From Candidatus Krumholzibacteriia bacterium (lineage in GTDB: Bacteria > Krumholzibacteriota > Krumholzibacteriia > LZORAL124-64-63), in contig JBFXKG010000003.1 in the NCBI GenBank assembly GCA_050174015.1, positions 179,988 through 243,987 on the forward strand: a DNA stretch of 64,000 nucleotides, in the 5' to 3' direction. How positions within the stretch are numbered: the first letter of the stretch is position 1; each line of letters starts with the position of its first letter. Of this stretch, positions 18,119-26,356 are shown one piece after another. The notes beneath the pieces were generated by a model. The model ran no database searches. It saw only the letters and a program-made list of their open reading frames with translations, and was not told where the DNA came from. The position numbers and the translations under genes are program-made.

Positions 18119-18883
18119 TCAGAATTTCCAGCCCAGGCCGGTGTAGGTGCTCCAGTCGGTCCGCTTCACCCCGGCCGGTGGATCGCTGTTGTGCTCGACG
18201 GAGGCGCCCGTCTTCAGGGATAGGGATCCGGAAAGCGCGACGGTGATTCCCAGGTTCCCCACGGCGCGCACCTGGCTGAAATCGCCGAACAGGGGCTGAT
18301 AGAAACCCGACGCCTCGCAGACCACTCCCGGTTTGAGGGTCAGGGAGGTCACCAGGAACGTCGACAGCCTCCCGCGTCCCAGCTTGCCGTCTCGATCCTC
18401 GATCCGCTCGACCTCGAGCATGGGAGTGGCGCCGATCGCGACCCTGCCGGAGCCTTCATCCAGGACGTTCCAGCGGATTCCGGCGCCCAGCAGCCAGCGC
18501 GACTGGAGCCGCTGGAAGGGATTGTGCTGGATCTGGGTGAAGGAGACCGTGGCCAGCCCGCGGCCCAGGTCGTAGTTGTGACGCAGGTGGGCGGTCACCT
18601 CGCGGGACTTCTCGACCCCGGCGACCTCCTCGTACGATCCTGAGGAGATGAGCCTGAGCCGGTGGCGATCGGTTTGCCGCTGGAGCCGGGCTCCGGCCTC
18701 GACCTGGAATTTTTCGCTGTTGCCGCCGCCGGCGCGCAGCATCCCTTCGAGAACGCCCGACCAGCCGGTATCGTCCGCCTGTCCCAGCTGGAGTGTATTG
18801 AGGATGGGCGAGGCGGCGGCGGGGGAGAATCCCAGGGCGAGGACCAGGGTGGGCAGGATCAGGGCTCGCAGTTTCCTCATCAT
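18119..18883 (-). CDS. DUF481 (YdiY-like) outer-membrane beta-barrel
   Basis: Signal peptide; GGN; HLRHNY; FTQIQHNPFQRLQSRWLLGAG; FYQP; terminal GLGWKF. Start approximate (18883 or 18898). Confidence 0.78.
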   Translation of the reverse strand: MMRKLRALILPTLVLALGFSPAAASPILNTLQLGQADDTGWSGVLEGMLRAGGGNSEKFQVEAGARLQRQTDRHRLRLISSGSYEEVAGVEKSREVTAHLRHNYDLGRGLATVSFTQIQHNPFQRLQSRWLLGAGIRWNVLDEGSGRVAIGATPMLEVERIEDRDGKLGRGRLSTFLVTSLTLKPGVVCEASGFYQPLFGDFSQVRAVGNLGITVALSGSLSLKTGASVEHNSDPPAGVKRTDWSTYTGLGWKF

Positions 18884-18992
18884 CTGTCTATCATCCATGG
18901 TTGCCGGCGAAAGCCTGTTCAATGTCTCGGGCGCCCGTCCGATATTGAGGGGACGGAAGACCGATCGCACGTATTTTTCCGGAGACGACGAG

Positions 18993-20357
18993 ATGAAGCC
19001 CCGACACCTTCCGGTCCTGTTGCTCCTCATGGTCCAGCTGACAGGCTGCGGGAAGACCGAAAAGTCACCCAACGTCCTGCTGATCACCATGGACACGACG
19101 CGGGCCGACCACCTCTCGGCCTACGGCTACAAGTTCAGGACGTCGCCCTTCCTGGAGGAGTTCGCGGCCGAGGGCGCCCTGTTCAAGAGGGTCTATGCGG
19201 CCGCCCCGGCCACCGCGCCGTCCCATGCGACCATCTTCACCTCCCTGTCCCCACTGACCCACCGCGTGGTCAAGAACGCCGTGGCCCTGGCCGGACACCA
19301 CGAAACCCTGGCCGAGGTCCTCGCCGGCCGTGGCTACCAGACCGCGGCGATCGTCAGCTCCTTCGTGCTCAACAGGAAGTTCGGCCTCGACCAGGGATTC
19401 ACGCACTACGACGACCGGCTGGACGGCGCCGGCGCCTCCATCGCCTGGAAGCACTGGGAGGGGCAGGAAGTGGACGGGGCTTTCGACTGCCGCGCCGATG
19501 CGACGACCGACCGCGCCCTGGCCTGGCTGGAGACCGCGCGGGATCCGGACGTGCCGTTCTTCCTCTTCGTCCACTACTTCGATCCCCACGATCCTTACGC
19601 GCCGCCGCGGGAGTACCAGGGTCGATTCAGCGATCCGGACGTCGCCAATCCGGCCATCCGGCGCCAGATCGGCAACTACGACGGGGAGATCGCCTTCACC
19701 GACGACCAGATGCGTCGCTTGATCGCCCGGCTCGACGCGCTCGACCTTGCCGACGACACCATCGTGATCATCATCGGGGATCACGGGGAAGGCCTGTGGC
19801 AGCGGGGTTACCAGTACCACGGCGCGCACATCTACGAGGAGGCGGTCCGCGTGCCTCTGGTTGTGCGGTGGCCCGGCCGCATCCCCGCCGGCAGCGTCTT
19901 CCAGAAGCCGGTGACCATCGCGGCGGTGATGCCCACCCTGTTCGACCTGCTCGGCATCCCGGTCGAGGGTCGCCTGTTCCACGGCCGCAGCCTGGCCCGA
20001 GCCCTGCAGTCGGGCGAGCCGCTGCGCCGGGATCTGCCGGTCTTCCTCTATCGCATTCCCTACGATCCGCACGACGAGTTCGGAGTCTGGGTGGACGGCG
20101 AGAAGCACGGGGTGCGCCTGGGCAACTGGAAGTACCTCGAGGCCGAGAACGAGGGCACGACCGAGCTCTTCGACCTGCGGACCGACCCGGGAGAGACGCG
20201 CAACCTGGCGGCGGCCGATTCCGCCGTCGCCGCCGACATGGCCCGGATCCTGGCGGACTGGCGCGAAGTCGTGACCAGCCCCGATTCGCTCACGGTGCAG
20301 CCGGCGCTCTCGGATTCCGACCTGAAGAAGCTGCGGTCCCTCGGCTACGTGCACTGA
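18993..20357 (+). CDS. Sulfatase-like hydrolase lipoprotein (alkaline phosphatase superfamily)
   Basis: Lipobox LTGC; PNVLLITMDTTRADHL, TAPSHATIFT, HYFDPHDPY, YDGEI, GDHGE, ELFDLRTDPGE, LRSLGY. Confidence 0.88.
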   Translation: MKPRHLPVLLLLMVQLTGCGKTEKSPNVLLITMDTTRADHLSAYGYKFRTSPFLEEFAAEGALFKRVYAAAPATAPSHATIFTSLSPLTHRVVKNAVALAGHHETLAEVLAGRGYQTAAIVSSFVLNRKFGLDQGFTHYDDRLDGAGASIAWKHWEGQEVDGAFDCRADATTDRALAWLETARDPDVPFFLFVHYFDPHDPYAPPREYQGRFSDPDVANPAIRRQIGNYDGEIAFTDDQMRRLIARLDALDLADDTIVIIIGDHGEGLWQRGYQYHGAHIYEEAVRVPLVVRWPGRIPAGSVFQKPVTIAAVMPTLFDLLGIPVEGRLFHGRSLARALQSGEPLRRDLPVFLYRIPYDPHDEFGVWVDGEKHGVRLGNWKYLEAENEGTTELFDLRTDPGETRNLAAADSAVAADMARILADWREVVTSPDSLTVQPALSDSDLKKLRSLGYVH

Positions 20358-20376
20358 CGGTCCCGCCCCGATCCGC

Positions 20377-21912
20377 TCAGCGGTCGACCGGAGCCGGTTC
20401 CGATCCTTCACGCCACGCGTAGGCCCTCCCCGGAGAGGGGATCTCGGCCTGCTGGATGTCGCCCGACGGCCAGCGGACCTCCAGCCGGAAGGGCCCGGCC
20501 GCCCCGCCCGTCCCGAAATGGAGCGGCAGGACGGCGGCGTTCCAGTGGCTGACGGTGCTGCGCAGGGCCCTGGACTGGATCGGGCCGCCCTCGATCAGAC
20601 GCACCCGAGCTCCCAGCGGACTGCAACTCCCGGCGCGGTCCCGGAGTTCGAGGGTGAATCCCCCCGCATCGGATGTGTTCTCGAGCAGGACCGCGAGCCC
20701 CTCGCGGTCGGGATGATCCTCCCGGCCCCCCAGGGCGACGAGGTCGAGGTCACCGTCCTGATCCAGATCCACGGCCCACGCTCCACAGGGCAGGGCCGGC
20801 ACCTCGGCGCGGCCGCCCCAGAGGGCGGTCGCGTCCAGGAACCCGCCGTCGCCCAGCCCCTGGGCGACCAGGTTGGGCGCGTTGACCTCGAGCGATTCCT
20901 GCCCCGTCACGTAGAGATCGAGGATCCCGTCGTTGTCCAGATCGGCCAGGACGGCGGAGTCGGGCCCAGGAGGCAGCGGCGGAGCGAAGGCCTGACCCTG
21001 GACGAACCGGATGCGGCCGGGCGCGCTCTCGTTCAGCCAGACCGTCACCGTTGCGGGATCCGCCTGGACGGTGACCAGGTCCGGGTCCCCGTCGCCGTCC
21101 ACGTCGCCCAGGACGGCTTCGGCCAGGTGGGCCGGGCCGAAGGGCAGGCCCGAGGCCTCCCGGATCTCCTCGTACCCGCCCGCTCCGGTGTTGCGGAAGA
21201 CGGTGCTCGCCGCGCCGCCGAGGTACAGGTCTTCCCTGCCGTCGCCGTCCAGGTCGCCGCAGGCGGCGACCGTCCGCCACAGGAAGGCCTCGACGTTCAG
21301 GCCTTCGCGGCGGTCCTTCCGGTTGGCGTCGATCGCGTCGCTCCACTCCTTCCAGTCCGTGCCGGTGAAGTGGAAGAGGCGCGGAGGGGTGCGGAAGCCC
21401 AGGACCACCAGCTCGGGATAAGCGTCGTCGTCCAGGCGGGTCCAGACGGCGCCGCGACCGCGGCCGCGGGAATCGCGCAGGGGGTGGTAGGGAGCCAGGA
21501 CGTCGCGGAACACGCCTTCGGCGTTGCGGTCCCAGAGCTCGTTGAAGCCGAGCCCCATCCCCCGTTCGGCGCCCACCGAGATGTAGAGTTCGGGATCGCC
21601 GTCCGCGTCGAAGTCGCAGGCGGCCGTGCCGTGGTTGTCCTTGGCGAAGCAGGGCAGCAGGCCGCAGGTGTCGGCCCGGTCGAACCGCAGGCCGCCCCGG
21701 TTCAGCCAGGCCCCCACGCCCCGGCCGTGAAGACTGATCAACAGGTCCAGCCGGCCGTCGCGGTCCAGGTCCGCCCAGGTCGCGCCGTATCCCTTGCCCG
21801 TGGACGGCAGGCCGGAATCGGCGACCGCACGCAGCAGGGAAACGCCGTCGTCCGCTCCGGCAGCGGCTCCGGCGCCCAGGAACAGGAGGATCAGGCCGGC
21901 CCGCAGGGTCAT
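20377..21912 (-). CDS. CRTAC1/ASPIC-UnbV family FG-GAP repeat protein
   Basis: Repeated DxDxDGxxDL motifs; C-terminal GARV...LHFGTG...EVRWPSG (UnbV/ASPIC). Confidence 0.85.
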   Translation of the reverse strand: MTLRAGLILLFLGAGAAAGADDGVSLLRAVADSGLPSTGKGYGATWADLDRDGRLDLLISLHGRGVGAWLNRGGLRFDRADTCGLLPCFAKDNHGTAACDFDADGDPELYISVGAERGMGLGFNELWDRNAEGVFRDVLAPYHPLRDSRGRGRGAVWTRLDDDAYPELVVLGFRTPPRLFHFTGTDWKEWSDAIDANRKDRREGLNVEAFLWRTVAACGDLDGDGREDLYLGGAASTVFRNTGAGGYEEIREASGLPFGPAHLAEAVLGDVDGDGDPDLVTVQADPATVTVWLNESAPGRIRFVQGQAFAPPLPPGPDSAVLADLDNDGILDLYVTGQESLEVNAPNLVAQGLGDGGFLDATALWGGRAEVPALPCGAWAVDLDQDGDLDLVALGGREDHPDREGLAVLLENTSDAGGFTLELRDRAGSCSPLGARVRLIEGGPIQSRALRSTVSHWNAAVLPLHFGTGGAAGPFRLEVRWPSGDIQQAEIPSPGRAYAWREGSEPAPVDR

Positions 21913-21916
21913 GCGC

Positions 21917-22918
21917 CTAGCGCCATCCGCTGGCCGCCGCCGACACCCGCCAGTAGCCGTGGTGACCCTCCTCGTTCTCGGGCCGGATGTCCTCGACCCG
22001 CAGGGTGACGGTGTGTTCCCCGGGAGTCAGCCACCGGCTCACGTCCACGGTTTCGGGCAGGGTGACGTCGCCGGGGCACCAGCCGCTGCGGGCGTAGTCG
22101 CTGCTCCACGATCCGTCCGCCCACTTGGCACAGTAGGGATTCACGGTGCGGAACGCCGTGCAGTCGTCGCGCCACGGCCGCCAGCGGTGGACCTCCTCGC
22201 CGTCGATCAGCAGGACGTTGTCCTTGGTGATGAACTCGTCGGCGTCGGTGCCGTCGGTGCAGTGGCCGGTGGAGATCAGGGCGACCTCGGTCCACCGGGT
22301 TCCCGCGGGCACGGTCACGGTCGCGGTCGCTTCGGGCCGCTCGGCGGTCAGGCCGCCCTCGGGGAAGAGCATCCCCGCCGTCCAGGCGGGCGCATCGATC
22401 CCGCCGTGGCGCATGGGTTCGAGGATCAGGTCCACGTCCACGGTCCAGGCCGGACTGACCCAGGTGTCGATGAAGACCTCGAACTCGCAGTGCCCTTCCA
22501 GGAGCGGCAATACCCTGGTCACGTCCACCTCGTGCCGGATGGCCCCGCCGTAGGCCGTCATGAACCGGCAGAGTTCCACCGGCGCCATCCCCGGCTTGAC
22601 CAGCCGCACCCAGCCGGCCCGGTCCCAGCGGTCGTGCATGTTGCGGATGTCCTTGCGGATGGGGTCGACGGCCAGAGCCAGGGTGACCCGGGCCGGTCCG
22701 GTGCGGGCGGGGAACTCGCGGTAGGTGGCCATGATGCGGCCCTTGTCCCGGGCCGAGGCGAAGGGGGAGTCGAAGGCGGTGCTGTCGTCGGGCGTGAAGT
22801 GGACGGTCACGTCCCGGAACAGGGGGATGGTCTCGGCGGGCGGGTCAGGGACGGGTTCGCCGCACCCTGCAATGGCCAGGACCAGAGCCAGGAAGACCGG
22901 GACCGCGGACTTGCTCAT
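21917..22918 (-). CDS. Peptide-N-glycosidase F (PNGase F)-like lipoprotein
   Basis: Lipobox IAGC; DRWDRAG, ELCRFMTAYG, DVT...LL, STGH, ADEF, WRDDC...NP, RSGWCPG. Confidence 0.8.
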   Translation of the reverse strand: MSKSAVPVFLALVLAIAGCGEPVPDPPAETIPLFRDVTVHFTPDDSTAFDSPFASARDKGRIMATYREFPARTGPARVTLALAVDPIRKDIRNMHDRWDRAGWVRLVKPGMAPVELCRFMTAYGGAIRHEVDVTRVLPLLEGHCEFEVFIDTWVSPAWTVDVDLILEPMRHGGIDAPAWTAGMLFPEGGLTAERPEATATVTVPAGTRWTEVALISTGHCTDGTDADEFITKDNVLLIDGEEVHRWRPWRDDCTAFRTVNPYCAKWADGSWSSDYARSGWCPGDVTLPETVDVSRWLTPGEHTVTLRVEDIRPENEEGHHGYWRVSAAASGWR

Positions 22919-23285
22919 CGTTCACCTCTTGGGTCTGGACCTGTCGGGAAGGGTTCCATCTCGAAAAACCGTCGTGGAGCGAGTTTGCCGGCCTGGCCAA
23001 CGCTTCCCGGCCGATCTTCCCACAACCCGGGGCGGTTATCGACAGGTTTTGGATCAGGGGTCTCACCCGAAATTCCCAATCCGGGTACCCTGAGGGAATG
23101 ATGCCAAGCCGGCAGGGACCCCCTGGCTTTTCCGGCGAGCCGATGCTTCCCGGGGAGGCGGACCCAGGCTGATCGCATCGATCCCGTCCGCCACGGCGAT
23201 CCGTGGGGATCTCTCCCGGTGCTCTCGGGCCCGAGTTTCGCAGCCTGAGGGGCGGGTTAAAGCCAATTTATTCATTTTCAATCGG

Positions 23286-24521
23286 TTAAAAGTCCACTCG
23301 CTGTAAGACCCCAACCATGTGGCTTGCCCGAACTGGGGCATCCCATCCCTGCGGCCTCGCCTCAGGTGCAGGTGACCCCTGCGATGCCGCCTCCGGCGCT
23401 GGAAACCCCTGCACCCCCTGCGCCTTCTCGTGGAGGTGCCGGTGACAGGCGCTGCAGAGGGTGATCAGGTTGTCGGGCGCGTTTGTGCCGCCCCGCGCCC
23501 GCGGCAGGACGTGATGCACCTCCAGGAACCGAGTATTCGTGCAGCCGGACCCCTGGCAGCGGTGCCCGTCCCGGGCCAGCACCCGCCGCCGCACCCGGGG
23601 CGGGATGGTCGCGGTGTTGCGCCCGGTCCGGGGATCGTCGCTGCGGGAATCGCAGGTCACGCGCCCGGCATCCGCCTGGCCGAGGGCTATGTCCCCCCGG
23701 CTGGTCGCAGCCGAAAAACGGCCGCAATCGGGGCATTGGCGCACGTGAACCTGGAAAGAGGTCCCCCGGGGGACCCGCTCGGGGTGATTGGCGGAGGCGC
23801 GGGCGGTGGTGCTCGTCGAGGCGCCGGCGGAGGCATGGGCAGAGACCCCGGCCTCGATATTGAGCTGCCCCCCGCCCAGGGCGTCCTCCAGCAAGGAATC
23901 CAACCCGGCGAGGATCCGCTCGATGCGATCCCCGCCGACCTCCGACTTGGCCAGCTTTTCCTGAAGGGCCTCGAACCGGGCGAACTGCTCAGGGGTCATC
24001 TCCAGGGACACCTTGACCGGGACGGCCGCGGCCAGCCGCCGCTCACGGGGGGCCGCCGGGATCAATTCCCCCTGGCCGGGTGAGGTCCTCAGGTCGGCGG
24101 CCTGGGCCCGCACCCTGGCGACGTCCTCCGCCAGTCTGCCCCTCGGGGTCGTGCAGGCCACCTTCACCCATTCCTTCTCGGTGGCGGGGGTGGCGACCTT
24201 GATGATCTCCCGGGCCTTGGTGTAGCCGATCTTCCCGGTCTCCAGTGATTTTCTGATCTGCGGCAGGTCGTCCAGCTTGCGGGCCATGCGAACGAAATCC
24301 CCGGTCCTTGTCTTCGAGAAGCCGAGCTCCTTCTGGGCGTAGATCTGGATGGAGGCGAATCCGAGGTCCCGGTACAGACCGCGGGCCATGATGTCGGCGA
24401 ACCACAGGACCGCGCAGTGGCGGGCCTGGTCCAAGACACGGACGGCCTGCTTGAGGGAGGAGTGGGCGGCGGCGGCAGGCTGGCCGGGCTGGAAGACAGG
24501 GATGGCGGCACTCGTGGACAT
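23286..24521 (-). CDS. HNH endonuclease with long helical (DUF222-like) N-terminal region
   Basis: SD AGGAGGAG and ATG 24521; LYRDLGFAS..YA..ELG; G.IGYTKAREI; CPDC; IPPRVRRRVLARDGHRCQ..GC...FLEVHHV...GGTN...NLITLCSACHRHLH. Confidence 0.88.
   Translation of the reverse strand: MSTSAAIPVFQPGQPAAAAHSSLKQAVRVLDQARHCAVLWFADIMARGLYRDLGFASIQIYAQKELGFSKTRTGDFVRMARKLDDLPQIRKSLETGKIGYTKAREIIKVATPATEKEWVKVACTTPRGRLAEDVARVRAQAADLRTSPGQGELIPAAPRERRLAAAVPVKVSLEMTPEQFARFEALQEKLAKSEVGGDRIERILAGLDSLLEDALGGGQLNIEAGVSAHASAGASTSTTARASANHPERVPRGTSFQVHVRQCPDCGRFSAATSRGDIALGQADAGRVTCDSRSDDPRTGRNTATIPPRVRRRVLARDGHRCQGSGCTNTRFLEVHHVLPRARGGTNAPDNLITLCSACHRHLHEKAQGVQGFPAPEAASQGSPAPEARPQGWDAPVRASHMVGVLQRVDF
23335..23411 (-). 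repeat. Degenerate 30-bp tandem repeat (about 2.5 units) in the HNH C-terminal tail
   Basis: Encodes QGFPAPEAAS / QGSPAPEARP / QGWDAP. Confidence 0.55.
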
Positions 24522-24562
24522 ACTTCTCCTCCTGGGAATCCGGGAGGAGTGGATCACGGGGA

Positions 24563-24591
24563 ATGATAGCGAAAAAAAGACGAAAATGCAA
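24563..24591 (-). promoter_or_regulatory. Sigma-70-type promoter of the HNH gene
   Basis: Minus strand TTGCAT-N17-TATCAT, about 40 nt upstream of the start codon. Confidence 0.65.
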
Positions 24592-24767
24592 GGAGAAACC
24601 GGAAATTTTCCGCGGAAAATCCGAAAGAATTCCGAGATTCCCCGGAATCCGACCAGGACTCTGCCGATGCTTGCGGCTGGGCCGCCCTACCCGCGGGTAG
24701 GCCGCAATCGCCTACCCCCATCTTCGCTCATGCGGAGTCACCCGGAACCGTCAGAAAATGTGTCAGG

Positions 24768-24814
24768 GTGTCCCGCTGCAGGTGTTTCACGGGACACTTT
24801 TGCGGGACACTTTT
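24768..24814. promoter_or_regulatory. Putative enhancer (bEBP upstream activator) sites
   Basis: gtgtcccg (24768-75) is the inverse of cgggacac, which occurs twice as the direct repeat cgggacactttt (24790-801, 24803-814). It lies about 110-155 nt upstream of the predicted sigma-54 start. Confidence 0.55.
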
Positions 24815-24894
24815 TGACCGTCCAAACATCAGAGATGGCCCAGGGGAATCCACAACTTGTTATATTTCAATCTTTTTAATTTTTTTGGTTCTAT

Positions 24895-24911
24895 CAGGCA
24901 CCCTACTTGCT
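24895..24911 (+). promoter_or_regulatory. Sigma-54 (-24/-12) promoter
   Basis: caGGcaccctacttGCt: GG-N10-GC with AGGCAC-N5-TTGCT, preceded by an AT-rich IHF-like tract (24853-24888). Confidence 0.75.
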
Positions 24912-24921
24912 TCCTTTAGGT

Positions 24922-25053
24922 CAGACGCCTCCCAATCCGGCCGATGAGCGAGGGGCCGGATCCCCCGCGGCGGGGCTGACAGGGCGAACGCAGCTCCGCC
25001 GCACCCCCCTCCCGGGTTGTTCCGAGGGCGAAGGAACAACCCGGGATCTTTTT
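24922..25053 (+). ncRNA. Candidate sigma-54-dependent three-hairpin small RNA (or leader RNA)
   Basis: Three stems (8, 12 and 14 bp) with loops gaUGAGCGAGg, acAGGGCGAAcg and gAGGGCGAA, C-rich linkers, ending in a U tract. Bracketed by the sigma-54 promoter and a terminator; no credible ORF. Confidence 0.6.
25010..25053 (+). terminator. Rho-independent terminator (third hairpin of the candidate sRNA)
   Basis: tcccgggttgttcc-gagggcgaa-ggaacaacccggga followed by tcttttt. Confidence 0.8.
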
Positions 25054-25232
25054 GGGTACAAGCAGGGATGATCCCGCCGGTCCCCACCGTTTTCTTGCAT
25101 TCCCACTCCTGAATGACGAAGTTTTCAGCAGGAAAACCCCCGAAAAAAGGCGTTTCCAACCCAGTTTTGCGGCTTGTCGCCAGCTTGCGTTTCCAGCGAG
25201 CGCCGGCGCGAGGGGCCCAGGAGGAGGACGGG

Positions 25233-26300
25233 ATGAATATCACGATCACCAGGAACCCGAACCCCGCCACCCCGCCTGCCGGGGACTACGGCTTCGGCTC
25301 CAAGTTCACCCCCCACATGTTCCTCCTCGACTGGAAGGATGGGCAGTGGCGCGATCCCCGGATCGTGCCCTACGGTCCCTTCACCATCGATCCGGCTTCC
25401 AAGGTCCTGCACTACGGCCAGGAGATCTTCGAGGGGATGAAGGCCTACCGGAACGGCAAGGACGGCTCGGTGCACATGTTCCGGGCCGACCGGAACATCC
25501 GCCGCTTCAACATCTCCTGCGAGCGGATGTGCATGCCCCAGGTCGATCCCGATCTGTTCATGCGCGCGCTGAACACGCTCATCGACCTCGACCGGGACTG
25601 GGTGCCCGAGAGCCCCAACGCCCTGTACATCCGGCCGACCATGATCTCCACCCAGGTCGGCCTGGGCGTCAAGGCCAGCACCGAGTACGTGTTCTTCATC
25701 ATCATCGGTCCGGTGGGATCGTACTTCGCAGGCGGCATCAATCCGCTGAAGCTGAAGGTCGAGGAGAAGTATGTGCGGTCCGCCCCCGGAGGCACCGGCT
25801 ACGCCAAGACCGGCGGCAACTACGCGGCCGCTCTCCTGCCCATCCAGCTGGCCCAGAAGGCGGGCTACGACAACATCATCTGGCTCGACGCCTGCGAGAG
25901 GAAGTACGTCGAGGAGATGGGGGCCATGAACATCGCCTTCGTCTACGAGGACCGGATCATCACCGCCCCGACGGGCGACACCATCCTCGACGGGGTGACG
26001 CGCGACTCGGTCGGCATCCTGCTGAAGGACATGGGTTACAACTGGGTCGAGGAGCATCCGGCCATCGCCGAGATCATCGCCGACGCGCACAGCGGCAAGC
26101 TCAAGGAAGTGCTGGCCTGCGGGACGGCCGCGGTCGTCACCCCGGTGGGGCTCATCCACTTCCAGGGCAAGGACCACACCATCGGCGACGGCAAGGAAGG
26201 CCCCGTCACCGAGAAGCTGCGCAAGACCCTCACCGGGATCCACGCCGGGAACAGCGAGCACCATCCCGAATGGATCTTCAAGGTGCCGCGGGCGGAATGA
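25233..26300 (+). CDS. ilvE: Branched-chain amino acid aminotransferase
   Basis: SD aggaggagg; FTPHMF, LHYGQEIFEGMKAY, LYIRP, GGTGYAKTGGNY (PLP lysine), EEMGAMN, ILDGVTR, GTAAVVTPVG. Confidence 0.95.
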   Translation: MNITITRNPNPATPPAGDYGFGSKFTPHMFLLDWKDGQWRDPRIVPYGPFTIDPASKVLHYGQEIFEGMKAYRNGKDGSVHMFRADRNIRRFNISCERMCMPQVDPDLFMRALNTLIDLDRDWVPESPNALYIRPTMISTQVGLGVKASTEYVFFIIIGPVGSYFAGGINPLKLKVEEKYVRSAPGGTGYAKTGGNYAAALLPIQLAQKAGYDNIIWLDACERKYVEEMGAMNIAFVYEDRIITAPTGDTILDGVTRDSVGILLKDMGYNWVEEHPAIAEIIADAHSGKLKEVLACGTAAVVTPVGLIHFQGKDHTIGDGKEGPVTEKLRKTLTGIHAGNSEHHPEWIFKVPRAE

Positions 26301-26321
26301 CCCTTTCCGAAGGCCACGAGC

Positions 26322-26356
26322 AGAGCCCCTCCCCCCCCGGGAGGGGCTCTCCCTTT
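26322..26356 (+). terminator. Terminator hairpin after ilvE
   Basis: agagcccctccc-ccccc-gggaggggctct then cccttt. Confidence 0.65.

Noticed and set aside
23018..23044. DnaA-box-like words (ttcccaca, ttatcgaca; also aatccaca near 24847) suggesting oriC
   Set aside because: Only scattered mismatched boxes, with no cluster and no dnaA/dnaN/gidA context.
22919..23250. Riboswitch upstream of the PNGase F-like gene
   Set aside because: Hairpins are present, but I recognised no consensus of the c-di-GMP, cobalamin, TPP or SAM families, and such stems are common at this GC content.
23090..23290. Second sigma-54 promoter near the IHF-like AT tract at 23264 (TTGGCATCATTCCCTC on the minus strand)
   Set aside because: The -12 GC is absent at the required GG-N10-GC spacing.
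23286..24521. IscB/Cas9-like RNA-guided nuclease
   Set aside because: No PLMP or RuvC motifs are seen; the HNH domain is C-terminal after a helical region, as in DUF222-like proteins.
24944..24979. Mini-ORF MSEGPDPPRRG inside the candidate sRNA as an ilvE attenuator leader peptide
   Set aside because: It has no SD and no Ile/Leu/Val codons, so it does not fit classical branched-chain attenuation.
24922..25053. CRISPR mini-array or tRNA interpretation of the three hairpins
   Set aside because: The stems differ in sequence (only the loops repeat), there are no spacers or cas genes, and there is no cloverleaf or T-loop motif.
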